This document shows positions 1 to 7,895 of a stretch of 46,625 nt of DNA, in pieces (position 1 is the first letter of the stretch; every line of letters starts with the position of its first letter). Under the pieces are notes generated by a model. It was not told the DNA's origin, ran no database searches, and saw only the letters and a list, made by a program, of their open reading frames with translations. Source of the DNA: a candidate division FCPU426 bacterium (lineage in GTDB: Bacteria; Oederibacteriota; Muellerivitia; Muellerivitales; Muellerivitaceae). The position numbers were made by a program, and so were the translations under genes. The stretch covers positions 1-46,625 of the forward strand of contig CAWHOE010000014.1 of assembly GCA_963830915.1 (NCBI GenBank), in the 5' to 3' direction.

Positions 1-2913
1 CCCGTAGGTTATGCAGGGAGTGGACGATGGAATAGGGGTTGGTGACCAGCAATCGCCAGGCGTGAATTTCAAGATCGTTTGGTTCCCGCTCTCCGCCACG
101 AACAAGTTTCCATTGGGCGCTACCGCCAATCCTGCGGGGGTTTGGAACACCCCGGAGCCTTGGGTGGACCCGTCGAGGGCGGATATAAGGTTTCTTTGCC
201 CATTGAATTCCTCCACCTTATTGTTGGCGTCGTCAGCAACCCATAAATTTCCATTGCTGTCGAATTGTAACTGGGATGGATCATTCACGATCCCATTTCC
301 GTTAAATGTCTGTGTCACTGCTAATGTAGAAGCGTTGAATTCCACAATTTGTTCGTTGTTCCCATCCCCCACAAAAATATTTCCATCCCCGTCCACGGCA
401 ATACCCTCGGGGAAGGACAATACCCCGCTTCCGATCGTCGTAAGGGGGGAGCCCGCGGTGGTATATTCCACCGCCAAATTCAAATCGGCATCCGTCACCC
501 AAACATGGCCGTTTCCATCCAGGGCAACTCCAAGAGGAGTTTCCAACTGTCCCCCACCCGGCAGGGTGTTAAAAGACCTTTTTAAGGTGCCGTTGAACCC
601 ATACACATAAACCAAGGCCGTCGTCCCATCCACCACATAGATGTTCTGGTTCACGCTGTCCACCGCGATGCCCTGCGGATCTACCAGAACACCGTTACCG
701 ATCGGAGTTTGGGGGCTGCCGGCGGGATTCAGCACGACAATATCGTTATCGGACGCGTATAGATTCCCCGCGTTGTCCAGCGCCAGCCCAACCAGGCCTG
801 CCTGCCCCAGCGCGCTTGGCCCAGCGAAGGTTTCCGCAAAAGCCAGGCATGACCCCGCGACAGGCGTGGGAGTGAAACTCAGTGTGGAAGTGGCGCTGTT
901 CGTCGGGCTGTTGGTGACGGTTTGAGTGGGACTATTAGAAGCGGTGTTGGTCGCTGTATTTGTCGGGGAGTTGGTCGTCGATGGGGTCGCTGTATTCGTC
1001 GTGGTTTGGGTCGAGGTGTTGGTTAATGAATTTGTTTCCGTCGGGGTATTCGTTTGAGTGTTAGTCGCCGAATTGGTCACTGTGTTAGTAGGCGTGTTAG
1101 TCGTGGTATTGGTTGCCGTATCAGTGGAGGTCGAGGTGTTGGTTGATGTACTCGGCGCGGTGTTAGAAGCTGTGTTAGTGGTTGTATTCGTAGCGGTGAA
1201 AGTGGCTGAGTTAGTTGTCGAATTCGTGGCGGTGTTCATCGCAGTATTGGTAGCGGTATTCGTGACCGTCATTGTGGCTGTGTTCGTCACTGTTTTGGTG
1301 GCGGTATTAATGGCAGTGTTGGTAGCTGTAGTCGTAGCGGTGTTGGTCGCTGTGTAGGTCGCAGTATTAGTGTTTGTAGCAGTATTAGTTGCCGTGTTAG
1401 TCGCCGTATTGGTGGCAGTTTTTGTAGCGGTATTAGTCGCAGTTTTCGTAGCTGTCATTGTGACGGTCGATGTCGTTGTATTGGACACGGTTGAAGAAGC
1501 CGTATTCGTGGAGGTGAATGTGGCGGTATTCGAGCCCGTATTCGTTGGGCTATTGGTGAAGGTCCGGGTGGGTGTGTTGGTGAGCACAATAAACGTTGGG
1601 GTTTTAGTAAAAGTAAAGGTGGGTGTTTTGGTATAGGTAAAAGTCAGCGACGGGCTTGGGGTGGGAGTATAAGTGTTGGTGAATGCCAAGGTCGGCGTTA
1701 GGGTACAGGTTCCGCCTCCCGGCGGCACGCCGGATTCCGGATCGTAGGCGCCACCCGCCTTCATCTCTTGTACCAGAACGCCATTGGAATAAAGGGCGAA
1801 ATGGTGGTCGTCGTAATAAGGCCCGCCCTGATTGCCGTTACAGGAGGTCTGAGTGGCCGGGAGACCCGAGTAATCATCCCCGAAGTTGTCCCAGTTTCCC
1901 TGGACATTCCCGCATTGGGCCGAGGATGTGGCGATGATGGCGAAACCCTCCATCCAGCCCCCCGCCGGGATCACCGATACCCCGCTTTGGTAGATGATCG
2001 GAATGACGCCATATTGGTTGGCCTTGTGGGTGGAACTTTCGTCGAACTCGGCCATAGCCGTGTCGATGCTGTAATTGTTCCCCGCCAATTGCATGGCCCC
2101 CACCTGGGTGCCCGATGAGTTGTAAACAATACCGTTGTTCCCTACCAGCGCCGTGCATCGAAGCTGACTCTCATAGACCCATATCCTCAAGGCCAGGTTC
2201 GCCGAATTCAGGGTCAAAGGTGAAGAGCCGTTATTAGCGATCAGGAAGGTCCAGCGCCTGTCCTGGACACCTTGCTCACTGCAATTGACCATCAGGTCCA
2301 GTTGGAGCGAGGTATTCGCCCCGCATACTCCAGGAACGGAGCCTTGGGCCATGACGTTTCTGGCCCGGACCAAATTATTCTCAAAATAGGATGACATGAC
2401 CGGGGTAGGAATATTGGTCATGTCCTGTAGACCCAACGTTGTTAATTTTATTTCGCTAATATTACTAGGCCCGCTCACGACGTATGGCGATAAGGTAAAA
2501 GCGCAGACCAGGTAATACCAGGTTCCTGGTCCCGGCTGGTCCCAATATTGGATCTCGCCGGATAATGACGCGTCATCCGAAAAGGACAGCATCCCGACCT
2601 GTTGGAAGGGTCCATCCGCCGATGGGGCGCGGTAGATCAAATAACCGGTCGGTTTGGAGAAATCACCCGTGGGCGCCAGCTCCCAACTGAGGGCCGCCCC
2701 ACCCGACACCGAAGAGCAAGTGAGATTTAACGACCCTTTCGATGAAGAAAAACCGGCTGATTGCGGGGAGGCGGAACTGAAACGTGGTCTCAGCCCGAAA
2801 ACCACGAGGCCGAACACACAGATGAATAAGGTTATATATAGAACGAACCGGCCTTTCCGGGCCGGACCCCTTCCCCACTTGTCGGCATGAATGTTTTCGA
2901 TAGGATCGATCAC
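1..2913 (-). CDS. Large secreted/surface protein, 3'-truncated: N-terminal TM/signal, FN3-like domain, CBM3-like domain, long Thr/Asn-rich stalk, NHL beta-propeller repeats
   Basis: Not in the ORF track because it runs off the window edge. I translated it by hand at the start, the CBM3-like region, points in the stalk and the 3' end, all in one frame from GTG 2913 (MIDPIENIHADKWGRGPARKGRFVLYITLFICVFGLVVFG...). It contains NNGSSPLTLNSANLALRIWVYE...NWDNFGDDYS...FALYSNGVLVQE (CBM3-like), TNTATNT repeats (~860-1700) and NHL motifs such as PEGIAVDGDGNIFVGD and PAGLAVAPNGNLFVAE. Confidence 0.85.
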   Translation of the reverse strand, partial: MIDPIENIHADKWGRGPARKGRFVLYITLFICVFGLVVFGLRPRFSSASPQSAGFSSSKGSLNLTCSSVSGGAALSWELAPTGDFSKPTGYLIYRAPSADGPFQQVGMLSFSDDASLSGEIQYWDQPGPGTWYYLVCAFTLSPYVVSGPSNISEIKLTTLGLQDMTNIPTPVMSSYFENNLVRARNVMAQGSVPGVCGANTSLQLDLMVNCSEQGVQDRRWTFLIANNGSSPLTLNSANLALRIWVYESQLRCTALVGNNGIVYNSSGTQVGAMQLAGNNYSIDTAMAEFDESSTHKANQYGVIPIIYQSGVSVIPAGGWMEGFAIIATSSAQCGNVQGNWDNFGDDYSGLPATQTSCNGNQGGPYYDDHHFALYSNGVLVQEMKAGGAYDPESGVPPGGGTCTLTPTLAFTNTYTPTPSPSLTFTYTKTPTFTFTKTPTFIVLTNTPTRTFTNSPTNTGSNTATFTSTNTASSTVSNTTTSTVTMTATKTATNTATKTATNTATNTATNTATNTNTATYTATNTATTTATNTAINTATKTVTNTATMTVTNTATNTAMNTATNSTTNSATFTATNTTTNTASNTAPSTSTNTSTSTDTATNTTTNTPTNTVTNSATNTQTNTPTETNSLTNTSTQTTTNTATPSTTNSPTNTATNTASNSPTQTVTNSPTNSATSTLSFTPTPVAGSCLAFAETFAGPSALGQAGLVGLALDNAGNLYASDNDIVVLNPAGSPQTPIGNGVLVDPQGIAVDSVNQNIYVVDGTTALVYVYGFNGTLKRSFNTLPGGGQLETPLGVALDGNGHVWVTDADLNLAVEYTTAGSPLTTIGSGVLSFPEGIAVDGDGNIFVGDGNNEQIVEFNASTLAVTQTFNGNGIVNDPSQLQFDSNGNLWVADDANNKVEEFNGQRNLISALDGSTQGSGVFQTPAGLAVAPNGNLFVAESGNQTILKFTPGDCWSPTPIPSSTPCITYG
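860..1700 (-). repeat. Low-complexity Thr/Asn/Ala tandem repeat (TNTATNT) encoding a mucin-like stalk
   Basis: Degenerate 12-bp periodicity; the + strand VAVLVAV ORFs are its antisense shadows. Confidence 0.9.
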
Positions 2914-2926
2914 TAAATATTTACCC

Positions 2927-3772
2927 CTAGTGGATGATCAGGACCTTGCCAGTGCGTGTCTGGGTTGTCCCCTCGCATTGAGCTTTCAACAAATAAATGT
3001 ACAAACCACTCGCCACAACGTTCCCCGTGCTGTTTTGTGTGTTCCAAATGATGGTGTTGATCCCTTGGCCCGCATGGATCTGGGTGTCATAAACCTCTTC
3101 CCCGGCTACCGTGAACAAGACCAGATCGACCTTGGCGGGAGCGGACAGGTTCAACGAAAAGTCGATAGGTTGGTTGTTTTTGGCGATGTTGGGCTCGGCG
3201 ACCAATGATTGGATCAACCCGGGTGTATTAGAATTTTCCTGCGATTGTGAAGATGTACCGGAGCTTTGGTTCCGGTTATTTTTTGCCGTCAACTGGGCAT
3301 CGGTCAAAAGGAAGAAGGATTCCCCGACCGAGGAAGGATTTTGTCCTGGGGCTGGTTTATTAATGGTATTTCCGCTCACTAGAAAAGTAACGGAAGAGTT
3401 GGCGGCGATGGGAAAGGGGCCAATGGTCACCGAGGCGGATCCAGATAACGGAAGAGCCGGAATTATCGAGGGTGTTGTCAAAACCTGGCTGATCGGTTTT
3501 ATCGATCGGATCGAACAAAAGCTTGGAAGATTTTCCAGGATATAAAAATTTCCGCTTTTGGAAGTGTTATTGGTAGCGACCCAGTGGAAAGAGATCTGAC
3601 CACCAGAAAGGCCGGATCGATCGACTGTTTTGATCAAAAGGATGTTGGATGATGTTTGAGCGTAAAGGAGCGGGGTACAAAAACTAAAAACGAGTAAAAA
3701 CGATTTGCATAAAAAACCGTTCAAGGAGAAAGCTTTTTTATTCCAATTAAGTTTACAGCTATAACGGTTCAT
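2927..3772 (-). CDS. Secreted protein with DUF11-like Ig domain and C-terminal FlgD-Ig/T9SS type A sorting-like domain
   Basis: Signal-like N-terminus. C-terminus VAEPNIA...FTVAGEEV...IIWNTQNSTGNVVASGLYIYLL...TGKVLIIH is typical of these CTDs. Confidence 0.8.
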   Translation of the reverse strand: MNRYSCKLNWNKKAFSLNGFLCKSFLLVFSFCTPLLYAQTSSNILLIKTVDRSGLSGGQISFHWVATNNTSKSGNFYILENLPSFCSIRSIKPISQVLTTPSIIPALPLSGSASVTIGPFPIAANSSVTFLVSGNTINKPAPGQNPSSVGESFFLLTDAQLTAKNNRNQSSGTSSQSQENSNTPGLIQSLVAEPNIAKNNQPIDFSLNLSAPAKVDLVLFTVAGEEVYDTQIHAGQGINTIIWNTQNSTGNVVASGLYIYLLKAQCEGTTQTRTGKVLIIH

Positions 3773-4125
3773 TGAATAACCATGGACAAATATTTGGTGT
3801 AGTAATATGTGACGCTAAGACAAAAACAGTGTAATTTGTAAAAATATTTATACAAATCAATTATTGGTAAAGTGCATTTTTAATGGCAAGAACCGAAAAC
3901 ATAATCGCTGAAATAATGGCCGATAAAAAATAGTTGGTTAAAACATTGGTGAATTAAAGATTAAGCTTAAACCTGACTGTTCCTACCGGCCTATTCGATT
4001 AGAGTTTTGGTTTTTCTGTTAAACAGAAAAAAGGAAACCGGTTTCCCAAACAGCTTTTGTTCGGCCAATGATCCTAATAACGGTTGCTCAAATCAATCAG
4101 GTTGCTTGGTCCCGGCCAACCCCGG

Positions 4126-5415
4126 TTAGGGATTTGGGGCAGGGATGGTTTCCCTTACTTTGACCACGGCACCATTCGCGGTGGGCCGGTCATCGATATC
4201 TATGATCAGGCCAACCGGCCTTTCGGAAACGAATTGGTTCTTCTTTCTCTTATCGCTCAAAGTCGTCACGACGCCCTCCACTAAGAACTCGCAAGAATCC
4301 TTATCCAGTTTCAAAAGTTTCACAGGCCCTGATGTCTGGAAAACCGTATTCAGTTTTTTGGACCGGATATCCTTGAGCTTGGATGGGGGGAAGAATTCCT
4401 TGAAAAAAGCCTTGGTGTAATGGTCATTCGTATATTCATCCAAGGTTTTCAACTCATGGGATGGAACGTCATAGGAAACTTCGTAAAAATTCGTGGTGAA
4501 TTCCATGGCGATGGAGGAATCAATGGCAGTCCTACCCTTTAGGTCGTCGGGTACAGTTATTTCATTCCCCTGGGTCGAAGTACCAATGTCTGGTACGCCC
4601 TGAGCCTGGTCGAGGGGTTTGGATATTGGTACATTCAAACCTCGACCCTCCCCCTTCGCTGGAGCTACGGGGGACAGGTCAACTTGTGGTTTCGGGACAG
4701 GGCTATCAATACCTTCTTTGGGTATTGGTACAATCAAACCTCGTCCCTCCCCCTTCGCTGGAGCTACGGGGGACAGGTCAACTTGTGGTTTCGGGACAGG
4801 GCTACCAATACCTTCTTTGGGTATTGGTACAATCAACCCTCGTCCCTCAACTTGTGGTTTCGGGACAGATGCAACCCAATAATCTTGATAGTGATAAGCC
4901 AAGACCAACAGGGCCGCCAGGAGGATCAAAAGGACCGGGTGCGGTTCGAGGTTTTTCTTTATAAACCAAAGCAAACCCACCCCCAGGATCACGGCCAGCC
5001 AGGTGGTATGCAGGGCCTGGAAAAAGACCCAAAGAGGCATCTGGACCAAGAGCAAGTGGAACAAATAACCAGTGGTCTGGGTCACCCAGGGATTCAAGGG
5101 CGGGATAAGGAACCCTATCGCTCCCAGCGATACTATATAGAAGACAGCCAGCAGGATTAGGTAAATGCCCCAGTGGGCCACGAAACCGATGGGGTTTCGG
5201 GCAAGGGGCCCAAGAATTACTGGGCCCTTCATACCTAATGGCCCAGTACAACTAAACCGTGTGTTTCGGCTTGTAGCCTCAACACAAGTGTTGCCTCGGC
5301 TCGAATTAGATGAATGGGCGGAGATGGGCACCACCTGGTTCGCCAGAAACTTACAGTAATGGTGGATATGCTTTAAGTAGGAATGCCATAGGGCTTTACC
5401 CACCCATTTGCCCAC
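4126..5415 (-). CDS. Multi-pass membrane protein with Pro-rich repeats and a C-terminal alpha/beta (NTF2/VirB8-like?) extracytoplasmic domain; start uncertain, may be fused to upstream ParB
   Basis: 429-aa ORF with ~4 hydrophobic helices and 33-aa repeats. The frame stays open upstream of the GTG (LKWAYSGFLGVIQKVGKW). Confidence 0.7.
   Translation of the reverse strand: MGKWVGKALWHSYLKHIHHYCKFLANQVVPISAHSSNSSRGNTCVEATSRNTRFSCTGPLGMKGPVILGPLARNPIGFVAHWGIYLILLAVFYIVSLGAIGFLIPPLNPWVTQTTGYLFHLLLVQMPLWVFFQALHTTWLAVILGVGLLWFIKKNLEPHPVLLILLAALLVLAYHYQDYWVASVPKPQVEGRGLIVPIPKEGIGSPVPKPQVDLSPVAPAKGEGRGLIVPIPKEGIDSPVPKPQVDLSPVAPAKGEGRGLNVPISKPLDQAQGVPDIGTSTQGNEITVPDDLKGRTAIDSSIAMEFTTNFYEVSYDVPSHELKTLDEYTNDHYTKAFFKEFFPPSKLKDIRSKKLNTVFQTSGPVKLLKLDKDSCEFLVEGVVTTLSDKRKKNQFVSERPVGLIIDIDDRPTANGAVVKVRETIPAPNP
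4628..4868. repeat. 99-bp intragenic tandem repeat (2 full copies plus an internally deleted third)
   Basis: ggtaca(t/a)tcaa(a/c)cctcg... starts at 4628, 4727 and 4826; encodes PKPQVDLSPVAPAKGEGRGLIVPIPKEGI(G/D)SPV. Confidence 0.95.
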
Positions 5416-5429
5416 TTTTTGGATGACAC

Positions 5430-6494
5430 CTAAGAAACCAGAATAGGCCCACTTAAGCCTTTCATCTCCGCCCCTGAACTTTTGGGGGATATTTGACTTG
5501 CGGAGTTAGGTGTTTCACCTGGTACTTCATCCACCGCCTCCTCTTCCTGAATTTGGCCCCCTCCGGTTCCACCTCCGCTCCCCGGCTGGTCATCATCCTG
5601 GCTTTTAGGCTTTGCGCCTTTCGGAACGGTGCCGGCCTTTGAAGAAGGCTTGCCTATCTTCTTCTTGGGGGAAGGTTGGAACTGGTCCAAATCCTTTCCT
5701 GAATTTCCCCATTCCACCAACTCGTCAGCTTGAGAACGTACATATTTACCCGCCAGAATCATCTTTAAGCCCTTTTCAGCTAGGTTTTGCGCTTCTAAAT
5801 CACTCCGCTGACCTAAAAAACCTGTTAATGATTCAACGACATCCTCTGTCAGACGCCAAATCTTTGCTTTCTTGGGTGGCTTTTTATCCTCCCCATTAGG
5901 CTGTTCTGCATTGTTTCCCTCAAAAGTAGTTTGAAATTTCAGAGTCTGAAATTTCAAACTACTTTCCTGCTCTTCTTGCCAATTAATGGTTTGTCGAATT
6001 AAGTCCCGGGAGTTGGTATTAAGAACCTTAAGAATTTGAATGGCCCGGGTTATCGATGAATTAGGCCTTTTAAGCTTCTTGGCTACTTCGGTTGGCCTTA
6101 AATTCATATCGTTCATCAGGGAAATAACACTCTCATAATCTTCCAGCCAGTGAGGCTTATCGTCCTCGTTGGACTTGATGGCGATGATCCTGGCCTCCTC
6201 AAGGGTTATATCAAGCTCAATACCGGCGATATGGGTCTTTCCCAAGCGCCGGTAGGCTTCCTTGCGTCTTTGGCCGGATATAACATCCTGCGGTTTTTGG
6301 CCATTTCCCTTCCAAACTAGGATGGGGGGAACATACCCACCACCCGCTATATAGTCCGTTAGTTCCTTCATCTTGGCTTCATTCAAGGTTCGGCGGGGCT
6401 GCCAGACGGGATCTTTAAGGTCCGAGATCGGGAATAAGATGATCTCGTTGGGATGGGGTTGGGGGACAGGCTTGGACTGAAGATCAACGGACAT
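5430..6494 (-). CDS. Orphan ParB/Spo0J-family protein (ParBc CTPase domain + HTH + low-complexity tail)
   Basis: WQPRR motif, PPILV, VISGQRRKEA (GxRR arginine patch), HTH-like RPTEVAKKLKRPNSSITRAI. GGAGG RBS before ATG 6494. No parA nearby. Confidence 0.85.
   Translation of the reverse strand: MSVDLQSKPVPQPHPNEIILFPISDLKDPVWQPRRTLNEAKMKELTDYIAGGGYVPPILVWKGNGQKPQDVISGQRRKEAYRRLGKTHIAGIELDITLEEARIIAIKSNEDDKPHWLEDYESVISLMNDMNLRPTEVAKKLKRPNSSITRAIQILKVLNTNSRDLIRQTINWQEEQESSLKFQTLKFQTTFEGNNAEQPNGEDKKPPKKAKIWRLTEDVVESLTGFLGQRSDLEAQNLAEKGLKMILAGKYVRSQADELVEWGNSGKDLDQFQPSPKKKIGKPSSKAGTVPKGAKPKSQDDDQPGSGGGTGGGQIQEEEAVDEVPGETPNSASQISPKSSGAEMKGLSGPILVS
5923..5965. promoter_or_regulatory. Perfect 43-bp palindrome inside the parB-like gene; candidate parS/operator
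   Basis: AAAGTAGTTTGAAATTTCAGA-G-TCTGAAATTTCAAACTACTTT: 21-bp perfect arms, each containing the palindrome TGAAATTTCA. Confidence 0.55.
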
Positions 6495-6530
6495 AGGGGT
6501 GCCTCCGTTATAAAAGATGGATGCTCCCCT

Positions 6531-6555
6531 ACTCGCAAACCATAAGTTTGCGAGT
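6531..6555. promoter_or_regulatory. Inverted repeat upstream of the parB-like gene (operator or 5' hairpin)
   Basis: ACTCGCAAAC-cataa-GTTTGCGAGT, ~37 bp upstream of the ATG. Confidence 0.45.
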
Positions 6556-6567
6556 GCGCTTTGGGTG

Positions 6568-6641
6568 TCCCGATTCTTCAAAAGCGTTCAAAGAATTCGG
6601 GACAATACCGACCACCTTGAATGTTTATTGGGAGGTCGGCA
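6568..6641 (-). mobile_element. Double-hairpin miniature element, copy 1 (74 bp)
   Basis: On the minus strand: CA[TGCCGACCT..GGTCGGTA ttg TCCCGA..TCGGGA]CA. Confidence 0.75.
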
Positions 6642-6773
6642 TGTACCCATTTCTAAACCAGAAATGGGTGCCCCTTTGGAAGAAATTAATAATTTATAAA
6701 ATCGATTTAAGACAAGGACAAAATAAGTGGAATTTGGGAAAACGGATTAACCAAAGAAAATATCAGTGGACAT

Positions 6774-6802
6774 AAAAAAAGGCCCGGTGAAAACCGGGCC
6801 TT
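6774..6802 (-). terminator. Rho-independent terminator of the OMP gene
   Basis: Minus strand AAGGCCCGGT-TTTC-ACCGGGCC followed by a T-run, 27 bp after the stop at 6829. Confidence 0.85.
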
Positions 6803-6828
6803 GTAAAAGAAAACCTAACCTGAACGAA

Positions 6829-7398
6829 TTAGATAAAGGAATAGCCTACCAGCAGGGTGATCGTCCCGTTTTGGATGTTTTTATTGGAACTGACATTATC
6901 CAACCCCAACTCATAGCGCCCGCTGACAAGGAATTTGTCGATATCGAATTCCAGTCCCCCCACCAGGCCCACATCCGAACTGTTGATGTTGGTTATATTC
7001 TTTCCGCCATTCTGGGCCAGGGTATTCCAAGAAAAGGAAGGCCCGAGCAAGACGGCCGGATTGACGACCGGCAACCCTGTGGAGATCTTCAAGAGCACCG
7101 GAACCTCGATGTAGTCCATTTCCACGGTAGTGGTGGTTCCGGAATATTGATTCCCTTTTTGTTCATAAAGCACTTCCGGACGGATGGCGAACATTTGGCC
7201 GAAATTCAGGCTCAAGAACCCACCGCCCACGAACCCCAATTTGGAACTGTTGAAATTTCCCAACTGGCTCACGTCACTGCCGATGAAATTGGAAAGATTG
7301 GCTCCCGCTTCCAAACCCAAATTGAACGTCTGGGCCGACGCCTGGGACGCCAGGGCTCCCGCCAGCAACAATCCCATCAAGATCGCTTTCAAACGCAT
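6829..7398 (-). CDS. Outer-membrane beta-barrel (porin family, OMP_b-brl_2 / PorT-like)
   Basis: Signal peptide ending ASAQ, GLEAGANLS, RPEVLYEQKG, YIEVPVLLK, terminal LLVGYSFI; GGAGG RBS. Confidence 0.9.
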   Translation of the reverse strand: MRLKAILMGLLLAGALASQASAQTFNLGLEAGANLSNFIGSDVSQLGNFNSSKLGFVGGGFLSLNFGQMFAIRPEVLYEQKGNQYSGTTTTVEMDYIEVPVLLKISTGLPVVNPAVLLGPSFSWNTLAQNGGKNITNINSSDVGLVGGLEFDIDKFLVSGRYELGLDNVSSNKNIQNGTITLLVGYSFI

Positions 7399-7458
7399 TT
7401 CCCGCCTCCTGTTTTTAGAAAACTTCGAATATTTACCACCAAGACACCAAGGGCACCA

Positions 7459-7535
7459 TGCCGACCTTCAAATGAATATTTAGTGAGGTCGGTATTGCGC
7501 CGATTCCCAAAATTCATCAATTTGGCAAATCGGCA
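7459..7535 (+). mobile_element. Double-hairpin miniature element, copy 2 (77 bp)
   Basis: cacCA[TGCCGACCT..AGGTCGGTA ttg CGCCGAT..ATCGGCA]CAag, inserted in an accaagacaccaagggcaccaag repeat. Confidence 0.8.
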
Positions 7536-7651
7536 CAAGAAAAACTTTTTTTGACACCTGCGTCACTGAAGCTCACATTAATTTAGACGTTTCTCATATG
7601 TATGAAGTTTCAAAATCAAAATAATTCTAGTGTTTTTATGAAAAATTGCAC

Positions 7652-7861
7652 TCCTATTTGCAAAGCGCATCTTAAGCAGGGATTTCGCTAATTCGTTGGT
7701 CATACCATCTCCCCCTCTGTGCTAAAGCACTATACTGTTCTCATTATTTTAATTTCATATGAGGAACAGCATGAAAGAGGGGGAACAAGGGGGAGTTAGC
7801 CTTTCTACTCTACTCCGAACAACAACTAATACCCCCCTACCCCCCTTTTTCAAAGGGGGGA
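7652..7861 (+). repeat. ~190-bp MITE-like repeat, copy A (contains CCCCCT..AGGGGG hairpins; right end degenerate; carries a 52-bp insertion)
   Basis: Aligns to 9617-9770 (cctat..gcg..ttcg..aatt.gttggtc..acc.tctccccctctg..aaagagggggaacaagggggagttag..actaatacccccctacccccctttttcaaagggggg). Confidence 0.75.
7720..7771 (-). mobile_element. Short (52 bp) divergent variant of the double-hairpin element
   Basis: Absent from the sister repeat at ~9683; flanked by duplicated TG (CA on minus). Minus strand: TGCTGTTC..GAACAGTA tag TGCTTTAGCA. Confidence 0.7.
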
Positions 7862-7895
7862 ACAACCATCTGTAAGGGGTAGATAAAAAATTCTC

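Noticed and set aside
11..1636. Plus-strand ORFs (199 aa; Val/Ala-rich 99 and 88 aa) that look like membrane proteins
   Set aside because: Antisense shadows of the Thr-rich/NHL gene on the minus strand.
2881..2889. GTCGGCATG matching the end of the double-hairpin element
   Set aside because: Lies in coding sequence with no partner stem or second hairpin; likely chance.
4628..4868. Repeats with apparent spacers, possible CRISPR array
   Set aside because: Units are 99-bp in-frame coding tandem repeats with no unique spacers and no cas genes.
5430..5510. Programmed -1 frameshift joining ParB to the membrane ORF
   Set aside because: No in-frame X XXY YYZ slippery heptamer; an indel (real or sequencing) or two separate genes is more likely.
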